The notes beneath the pieces were generated by a model. It saw nothing but the letters and a program-made list of their open reading frames with translations. It searched no databases and was not told the origin of the DNA. Below are positions 58,201 to 64,000 of a DNA stretch of 64,000 nucleotides, piece after piece. Position 1 is the first letter of the stretch; every line of letters begins with the position of its first letter. Location: the sequence record DRR723986_9343. The stretch is one strand, 5' to 3'. The position numbers and the translations under genes are program-made.

Positions 58201-59481
58201 ACTGTCAACGCCACGGTTCTTTCTGACACTCGATCGAACCTGAGCAATGTTGCTAGTGTAACGACTAGTGACGCCGGTATGAACGAAATCGACACGTCGG
58301 ATAACACCGCAACGGAGCCGACAGTAGTCAACAGTCTGGTTGATCTGGGAATCACAAAGACGGACTCGACCGATCCTGTGATTGCTGGAAACGCTCTCAC
58401 GTACACGTTGACCGTTACGAATAACGGACCGTCTACTGCAACCGGAGTGACGGTAAGCGATGTATTGCCAAGCGGAGTTACCTTCTCTACTGCGACAGCT
58501 AGCCAAGGTTCAGCCTCACAGGCTGGCGGCACAGTCACCGGCTCGTTGGGGACGATTCTTCCTGGTGCGAGTGCGACTGTGACCGTCAATGTAAATGTTG
58601 ATCAAGCGACGCGCGGAACCATTTCCAACACCGCTACAGTCACTAGTACAGAAACTGACTCGGCTCCAGCGAATAACTCAGCAACCGAGCCAACGACTGT
58701 AAACGCGAGCGTCGATCTTGCAATTACAAAGCTTGACGATGTGGATCCGATCACTCCGTCGTCGACGCTTACTTACACTATGACGGTGACCAACAACGGA
58801 CCTTCACAGGCGACCGGCGTTGTTGTGAACGACACGCTTCCCACAGGCTTGACTTTTGTTAGTGCCACTTCAACGGTCGGTTCAGCCACCAATGTGGGCA
58901 ACGCGATCACCGGAAATATTGGGACACTCGACTCCGGATCGTCAGCGACGATAACGGTGACAGCAACTGTTGACGCGACCGCGACTGGGCAATTGGTCAA
59001 TACTGCGACGGTCACGAGCACCGAACCAGATTCGGTCACTGCGAACAACAGTGCTACGCAGAATACAGACATTGCGATTCCTGGTAGCATCTCTGGTCGA
59101 GTTTACATTGACGTGAACCGCAACGGAGTATTCGATGCTGGCGACACCGGTTTCCCTGGCGGAGTCCAGATTACTCTCAATGGCACGGACGTAGGCAACA
59201 ACTCCGTCACTCGAACTGAGACGACGGATCCGGCTACTGGCGAATACACGTTCAGCAACGTCATGCCAGGAACCTATACGCTGACGCAAACGCAACCAGC
59301 GGGAGCCTTGGACGGGCAGACGAATGTCGGTACCGGAGCGACCGGAGCAACGTCGGGAACGAACGTGATTGACACGATCACACTCGGTAACGCACCGGCG
59401 GCCGCCGAATTTAACTTCGGTGAGATTCTATCGCCGCTTAGCAAACGCCGCTTCCTCGCATCCAGCGGTCCGACGAGCTAA
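55252..59481 (+). CDS. Large surface protein: planctomycete extracellular motif, three SdrD-B-like domains, six DUF11 repeats
   Basis: AAGGAG RBS; RKLRVESMEARRLLA; repeats DL.ITK.D..DPV..G..LTYTLTVTNNGPS.ATGV.V.D.LP. Confidence 0.9.
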   Translation: MSNFFTRLFTGNKNQARSRRDLKKARSRKLRVESMEARRLLAGDIGAIAGNVFTDLTDNGLDASDTAIVGTNVHLYRDGGNGTFESGAGAAGGDDTLIATLASDASGDYRFDDLVAGTYFVEQAAVSGRLQRTAETVKTVDITETEASGTQTSSLDSFNDAVAQSLTANSGTPTVNDARDTVEALGGERDVVVNYGSGLGNVSVLVDAGLMSVNTDAGTAGSAIVSYDGDDNDATTLNSISPALDFTAGGGTALSFLAGSTPDGDSDPNTSDVSITIDVFSGANHSSLTTIVPESAGGTATNNLTLEFTDFAAVTPTAADFSSVSAFQVTINNNAGADAQFDFSRIVAPTVDTQNFPNLIPMSIGNLIFSDNNNNGTRDVTESGISGVDVQLFADSNSNNAFDSGTDTLVSSTTSDGGGGYQFDNLFPGDYIVVVPIAEFGTGQPLANFQTSTDPAPDPDITVLDDDDNGALIAGVGVATAAVTLASGSEPTTDGDANTNTDLSVDLGFVPTVDVAVNKVASAASFNAGEQVTYTLTVSNPGSTTANNVVVTDNLPDDFTIVSATATGGGTVVQTGNAAGEVTVTYASLSATDSETITIVAAIPATQAAATGVVNASTVTSNEVDSDTSNNSSDANINITRNAVLTISKTDAPDPVAVGAALQYQILVTNTGPSTATNVAIADTLPAGLTFVNVSTTAGTAVENAGVITGSVPVLAVGGSVTITVDTTINAAFGGTTLTNTATAQADEATQVSSQADTTVNPQLDLAITKSDDVDPAIRGGQVVYTMTVTNNGPSDATNVEVEDVLPAGLTFVSATGGTVTAPTGGNQTVIVNVGNLASGANTDVTITASVDQAAAANLTNNVLVRSAESTNGFDTDTTNNTASETTAVQSNIDLQITKTDSVDPVIAGNDFVYTLTVSNAGTSDATGVVVTDNLPDGIRITGTSTTAGSVSLPTTAQDSIGANPDDMTVNIGNLAAGASATITVNATVLSDTRSNLSNVASVTTSDAGMNEIDTSDNTATEPTVVNSLVDLGITKTDSTDPVIAGNALTYTLTVTNNGPSTATGVTVSDVLPSGVTFSTATASQGSASQAGGTVTGSLGTILPGASATVTVNVNVDQATRGTISNTATVTSTETDSAPANNSATEPTTVNASVDLAITKLDDVDPITPSSTLTYTMTVTNNGPSQATGVVVNDTLPTGLTFVSATSTVGSATNVGNAITGNIGTLDSGSSATITVTATVDATATGQLVNTATVTSTEPDSVTANNSATQNTDIAIPGSISGRVYIDVNRNGVFDAGDTGFPGGVQITLNGTDVGNNSVTRTETTDPATGEYTFSNVMPGTYTLTQTQPAGALDGQTNVGTGATGATSGTNVIDTITLGNAPAAAEFNFGEILSPLSKRRFLASSGPTS

Positions 59482-59507
59482 GTTCGGGCCTGGTATGATC
59501 ACACATG

Positions 59508-59545
59508 ACAAGCGACTGGTCGGAGGCGACCAGCCGCTTGTTTTC
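59508..59545 (+). terminator. Intrinsic terminator
   Basis: ACAAGCG-A-CTGGTCG / CGACCAG-C-CGCTTGT stem plus a short T-run. Confidence 0.6.
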
Positions 59546-59592
59546 AAATGGTGACCGTCGAAATAGTTTGATGGACCGTGTGCTGAGGATGT

Positions 59593-60591
59593 TTGATGCG
59601 TATTGTGAGCACAGGTGAGACCACGGTCGTTCAAACGCCTGCGAAAATCAATCTCACGCTTGATATACTCGGCCGACGTCCAGATGGTTTTCACGAATTA
59701 GAAACCATTCTGTGTCCTGTCGCTGTGTTTGACGAAGTCCAAATTCAGCTTACCGTTGATTCTGAAATCGACGTCGCTGTTGTGCTATCCGAACAAAGCA
59801 ACAGCTTTCACGCGGGTGAAGAAACCGCTTTCTCAGACGACCCTGCCTGGGACATTCCGCAAGATGCGTCGAATTTGGCGGCTCGTGCGGTGGCGATTTT
59901 GCGTCAAAGAATTGGCGATCCGCGCGGCGTCAACATCAAGATTGTCAAGAGTATTCCGGCAGCAGCGGGGTTGGGTGGCGGCAGCAGCAATGCGGCTGCT
60001 GCCGTTGTCGCGTATCTGGTTGCCATGGATCGATGGAATCGAGACCTGGCGGGTGAAGTCGCCGCGTCGCTCGGTTCCGATGTGCCGTTTTTCCTTGGAA
60101 ATACTGAGCGAATCGGCGTCGCGCATGCTACTGGACGAGGGGAAGAGTGTCAGTTTGAGGCAATCGAGGCGGACTTTTCGGTCCTGTTAACCCACCCTCC
60201 TGCAGGCTGTTCTACGGTTGCCATTTACCGCGAATTTGCCAAACAAAATTCCTGGACGCCGCGCCGAGGTTCTGCAATCGGTATGCTGGAGGCTCTGAGG
60301 GAGGGCAACGAAGAAAAGATTGGCGCGGGCTTGCTCAATGCTCTACAATCCTCAGCAAGGGAATTAAATCCCTGGATAGATGTGCAACTGGATTTACTGC
60401 GAGGCCTCGGCCTCAAGAATGTGTTAATGTCGGGCAGCGGTTCAGCCTGCTTCGCTTTGTTTGCTGACGAGAATGATTACACTGAACTCCGTCGGAGGGC
60501 GGTCGAATCTGGCATTCCACGTATTGTTCTGACGCGTGGAGTCAGCTTCCCATCTATCGAACAACAGATCGATGGGCGGCAGAGCGGATGA
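59593..60591 (+). CDS. ispE: 4-diphosphocytidyl-2-C-methyl-D-erythritol kinase
   Basis: PAKINLTL, RRPDGFHELET, KSIPAAAGLGGGSSNAA, LGSDVPFF, MSGSGSA. Confidence 0.93.
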   Translation: MMRIVSTGETTVVQTPAKINLTLDILGRRPDGFHELETILCPVAVFDEVQIQLTVDSEIDVAVVLSEQSNSFHAGEETAFSDDPAWDIPQDASNLAARAVAILRQRIGDPRGVNIKIVKSIPAAAGLGGGSSNAAAAVVAYLVAMDRWNRDLAGEVAASLGSDVPFFLGNTERIGVAHATGRGEECQFEAIEADFSVLLTHPPAGCSTVAIYREFAKQNSWTPRRGSAIGMLEALREGNEEKIGAGLLNALQSSARELNPWIDVQLDLLRGLGLKNVLMSGSGSACFALFADENDYTELRRRAVESGIPRIVLTRGVSFPSIEQQIDGRQSG

Positions 60592-60641
60592 TTGAATAGG
60601 CGATTACGAACTTGTAAACGAGACGCACGAGGACGCCAGCT

Positions 60642-61214
60642 GTGGAGATTACCGAAGTTCGGATCAAGCTGATGGAACGTTCCGAGGACCGTCTCCGCGC
60701 ATTCTGTTCAGTTACCTTCGACGATTGCTTTGTAGTTCGAGATTTAAAAATCATCGAAGGCACGCACGGGCCATTTGTGGCGATGCCCAGTCGAAAACTA
60801 ACCGTCAGATGCCAACGTTGCGGAATGAAGAATAACATTCGCAGCAACTACTGCAATAACTGTGGCGTCAAAGTGCGAGACTACCGCGGTGGGCGAGACG
60901 AAGATTCTCCAAACAAGCTCTATGCCGATGTGGCTCACCCGATTAATCAAGAATGTCGGGATCAGATTCAAAATAGAGTTGTTGAAGAGTACCGCGAGGA
61001 ATTAGAGCGCGCGAAGATGCCTGGGTACGTATCGCGTTACGACGACAGCTATGAATCGCACGACAATGCTGGGCCGAAGAGAACTGCCGGCGAAGTGGTC
61101 GGCCCCGATCAGCGAGTCGATGCGGCTCAGCAACCCGCCGATGCAGTTCCCAAGCCACACTTGTCGCCTGAAGACCAGAGACAGCCGAACAAGGATGTGA
61201 ATCTCGAACGATAG
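60642..61214 (+). CDS. spoVG: SpoVG-family nucleic-acid-binding protein with zinc-ribbon insertion
   Basis: [47 protein letters not shown]; CxxC...CxxC insert. Confidence 0.9.
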   Translation: MEITEVRIKLMERSEDRLRAFCSVTFDDCFVVRDLKIIEGTHGPFVAMPSRKLTVRCQRCGMKNNIRSNYCNNCGVKVRDYRGGRDEDSPNKLYADVAHPINQECRDQIQNRVVEEYREELERAKMPGYVSRYDDSYESHDNAGPKRTAGEVVGPDQRVDAAQQPADAVPKPHLSPEDQRQPNKDVNLER

Positions 61215-61315
61215 CGGCGCACGTCAAATACGTTCGCGCTCAACTCGTCCGGAACATCCAAAAGCAGTGCCAATTCACAGTCCAGTGTGATTCAGACAAC
61301 TGCGGCGAGCCCAAG

Positions 61316-61477
61316 TTATCGCTTGGCTTTCTTCGTCTTTTTCTTCCCGGCTTTCTTACCCTTTGCCGCTGATGCTGTTGCAGCGGTTTTCTTCGTCGTC
61401 CGCTTCTTCTTCGTGCCAAAAGCTTGTTCCCAGCCATCAGCGTAAGCGTTGGTCGAGCCAACTCGAGTGATCGTCAC
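61316..61477 (-). CDS. 53-aa Lys/Ala-rich small basic protein (not in the ORF track)
   Basis: GAGG RBS, GTG start; MTITRVGSTNAYADGWEQAFGTKKKRTTKKTAATASAAKGKKAGKKKTKKAKR*. Confidence 0.72.
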   Translation of the reverse strand: MTITRVGSTNAYADGWEQAFGTKKKRTTKKTAATASAAKGKKAGKKKTKKAKR

Positions 61478-61668
61478 GTTTGTTTCCTCAGTGTGTGTGT
61501 GAAACCATGGAGCAAGGTGCGACTAGGCTATCGCTGAGCTGAAGTGCGGTCAAGTCAACACGCTTGCTGAGAGCAACAAGCTCCGGTGCCAACGAATCGC
61601 GAAGCAGAACCGTCTTCCCTGCCGCGAGCGAAAAGTGCAGCTTGCATACTTGTCCGAGCAATAGGCAT

Positions 61669-61694
61669 TTGCCAGCAAAAAAACTTGCTGGCAA
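61669..61694. repeat. Perfect 10-bp inverted repeat TTGCCAGCAA-N6-TTGCTGGCAA
   Basis: Read directly; lies in a divergent intergenic region. Confidence 0.7.
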
Positions 61695-61926
61695 GTCATG
61701 ACGCGACTCACGTTGATAGCGTCGGTTGGTGCAAACTGCCCTAGGCTCCGTCGTGGAAGTTTTGCTACGACGTACCGAACTGGAACGAATTTCATCGAAA
61801 TTTGGTCCAGCCAGACTGCGCCGATGGTAGCCGAAGAGTCGCATTGGATGCGTTCACTCTGCTAGGGCTGCGATCACAACGCCGCGCAAATGAAAACGAT
61901 TCTAAGCCGACACGGACGTCGTAGCG

Positions 61927-64000
61927 ATGAAGAAAACAAGTACTCGATTAGCAACTATCGGTGGCACTATCCTGCTAGGAGCCTGTGCTATTGCACTTGC
62001 TCAGCACGATTCGAGGAAGAAGGACCGCGAGCTCGACCTCACTCAATCCTCGCAGCGAACGCAGGCTGAGCCGATTGGTCTGCCGTCCACTTCCGCCGTG
62101 CCTCAACCGCTTGTTCGTGCGAACAACGAACTCGTTGGCGACACGAGCCCAAGCTATGATGCTGGCTACGCCGATTTCTCAGACACAAGTGAAAGCTCTG
62201 GCAATCCACTTCGTGGGTCCCAGGTCGTGCTTGCAAGCGCCGACGAGGCCGTAGGTGGAGGCTATTCAACTGGATCAGGGCTCCCACCTGCACTACCAGT
62301 AGCACCAACACAGGGTGCAAGCAGTGGAGTCTCGTCGGGTATGCCAGCCATACCAGCACAGTCGTTACCGCACAGCATGCCTGCCCAAGCACCGCCACCA
62401 ATCGGCTCTGGGCTGCCAACCATGCCGACTTCAGCACCTGAGAACGCGCTTCCAAGTGCTCCGCCGCCTCAGTTTCCTGCTAGCGGTAGCTTGAATGACT
62501 CCACGCCGGCTACCTTGCCTGCTTACCAAGGTGCGGTCGGCGCGTTGTCCGATAGCACCCCAGCAAGCCCGGTTGCATTCAACCAAGAGGCGACGCCAGG
62601 GGCTCCTGCCGACGATGGGTATTCAAACGCTCCATCGACACCAGGTGGAGCGTACCCGACGGCTTCGATCCCGGCACAAACAAACAACGAAAGTGCACTA
62701 CCAAGCATTCCAACCGGCACGCGACCACCAACTAGCAGTCTGTCCGACACACAACGCCCTGCGGTTCCCATGACGGATCTGTCGGCTCAGCAGCCCAGTG
62801 GAGCGCCTAATCCAAGTTCACGGTTTTCCGGCGCGACTTCACCCGCTCCCGATCGATTTGGCGCGACAGGCACGAGTCCAGCTCGTTCGTTGTCAGGTGC
62901 AAATCCAAGTAACGGTGGACCCGGTGGTTACTCACAGCAATCATTACCGACTGGCATGGGCCGTTCTCAGAGTGGTTCCACACAGGATAGCTTTACAAGT
63001 GCAAGCCCTGCACAGCGTGGCTCCACAATGCGGACCGCGTCAGGTGCAAGCAACGCGGCTTCGATGGTCGGACTCGCATCGCTCGTTAGCGATCAGCCCG
63101 GTAATCGCTATCTTGATGGCCAGCAACGCCCAGACGTTTCCATTGAGATTCGACCACCGGCTGAAGAAATTCAAGTCGGTAAGAAGGCTACGTTCATGAT
63201 GATGGTGACAAATCATGGCGGTGCCGACGCGCTAAACGTTCGCGTCGTCGACAAGATTCCTCAGGGAACACGATTTTCTGGTAGTGAGCCGGAAGTGAAT
63301 CCGAATGCAGATGGTTTGCTGGTTTGGGACCTTGGAACCGTGCCTGCTGGCGAAGAGCGACTGATCCGCATCAATCTCATTCCCGAGGTTGAAGGCGAGA
63401 TTGGCAGCATGGCCAGCGTTATGTTTGCGGCTCAAGCAAGTGTTCGGACACTAGCGACGAAGCCCAAGCTGGAGATCGAGATCGATGCTAGCCCGAGTGT
63501 AATGATTGGCTCGGACTTCCAGCCTCGAATGACAATTCGAAACGCTGGAACCGGAGTTGCGAGGAATGTAACTTTGGAAGTTGACGTGCCTAGCAATCTG
63601 TCGCACCCGGGTGGTAGTACCATTGGTGCTGATCTAAACAACCTCTACCCGAGCGAATCGCGTCCAATCGACGGCCTAGTATTTGCCGCCGCCGCCGCTG
63701 GACAAGGCCAATGTGTCGTCAGGGCGCTTACCGAAGATGGTGTCCAGTTTGAAAAGATCATCAATGTTGAAGTGAAGGCACCGAAGCTGGTCGCCCGAAT
63801 CCAGGGCCCCCGTGAGCGCTACCTGCAACGCGAAGCGGCGTACACCTTGGCAGTGATGAACAACGGCACTGCTCCAGCGACCAACTTGGATTTCGCCGTC
63901 CACTTGCCCGCTGGATTGAAGTACGTTGGCTGTAGTCTTGCTCAAGCAGAATACGATCGTGCCCAACATATTCTGCACGTTGGTTTGACAGAACTTCCCG
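61927..64000 (+). CDS. OmcB-like DUF11-domain exported protein (3'-truncated by the window; absent from the ORF track)
   Basis: MKKTSTRLATIGGTILLGACAIALAQ signal, Pro/Ser-rich linker, then in-frame VVDKIPQGT...LVWDLGTVPAGEERLI...EGEIGS. Confidence 0.82.
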   Translation, partial: MKKTSTRLATIGGTILLGACAIALAQHDSRKKDRELDLTQSSQRTQAEPIGLPSTSAVPQPLVRANNELVGDTSPSYDAGYADFSDTSESSGNPLRGSQVVLASADEAVGGGYSTGSGLPPALPVAPTQGASSGVSSGMPAIPAQSLPHSMPAQAPPPIGSGLPTMPTSAPENALPSAPPPQFPASGSLNDSTPATLPAYQGAVGALSDSTPASPVAFNQEATPGAPADDGYSNAPSTPGGAYPTASIPAQTNNESALPSIPTGTRPPTSSLSDTQRPAVPMTDLSAQQPSGAPNPSSRFSGATSPAPDRFGATGTSPARSLSGANPSNGGPGGYSQQSLPTGMGRSQSGSTQDSFTSASPAQRGSTMRTASGASNAASMVGLASLVSDQPGNRYLDGQQRPDVSIEIRPPAEEIQVGKKATFMMMVTNHGGADALNVRVVDKIPQGTRFSGSEPEVNPNADGLLVWDLGTVPAGEERLIRINLIPEVEGEIGSMASVMFAAQASVRTLATKPKLEIEIDASPSVMIGSDFQPRMTIRNAGTGVARNVTLEVDVPSNLSHPGGSTIGADLNNLYPSESRPIDGLVFAAAAAGQGQCVVRALTEDGVQFEKIINVEVKAPKLVARIQGPRERYLQREAAYTLAVMNNGTAPATNLDFAVHLPAGLKYVGCSLAQAEYDRAQHILHVGLTELP

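Noticed and set aside
56785-59075. Repeats as a CRISPR array or DNA repeat element
   Set aside because: They are degenerate protein-domain repeats within one ORF; no constant repeat-spacer pattern and no cas genes
61240-61461. 73-aa Arg-rich ORF in the track
   Set aside because: Alternative frame of the same purine-rich tract; the 53-aa frame has the RBS and more protein-like sequence
61985-63978. Several short ORFs listed at the window end
   Set aside because: Alternative-frame or antisense shadows of the long ORF starting at 61927

Overview
A gene-dense 64 kb chromosomal window, almost certainly from a planctomycete and probably Pirellulaceae-like. This rests on a DUF1559 prepilin-like protein, a BBP7-type beta-barrel, the 'RKLRVESMEARRLLA' planctomycete extracellular motif, and OmcB/DUF11 proteins. 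Most of it is housekeeping: hemQ/chdC, lysS, purEK, pfkA, glnE, recQ, terC, flgFGAHIJ, fabZ/fabI, comM/yifB, ispE, spoVG. It also has a CE15 esterase/lactonase/aldo-keto reductase/sulfatase sugar-catabolism cluster, a tandem pair of pol-beta (RlaP-like) nucleotidyltransferases, a frameshifted Rpn gene, and large surface proteins. No tRNA, rRNA, CRISPR array or intact IS was recognised. The observations most worth a second look are: (1) a ~300-nt structured leader with a sigma28-type -10 and several hairpin-borne GGA (CsrA-type) motifs, ahead of a small protein ending in RRAA; (2) a GlnE whose N-terminal domain has lost both catalytic aspartates; (3) an unlisted 53-aa Lys-rich ORF; (4) an Rpn broken in its nuclease part but keeping an internal RBS+ATG for a C-terminal peptide; (5) a Fur-like operator over the promoter of a DUF1559/lipoprotein/kelch operon; (6) a giant DUF11 protein ending in a SKRRFLAS motif next to a beta-barrel gene. 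All calls come from reading the sequence; no searches were run.
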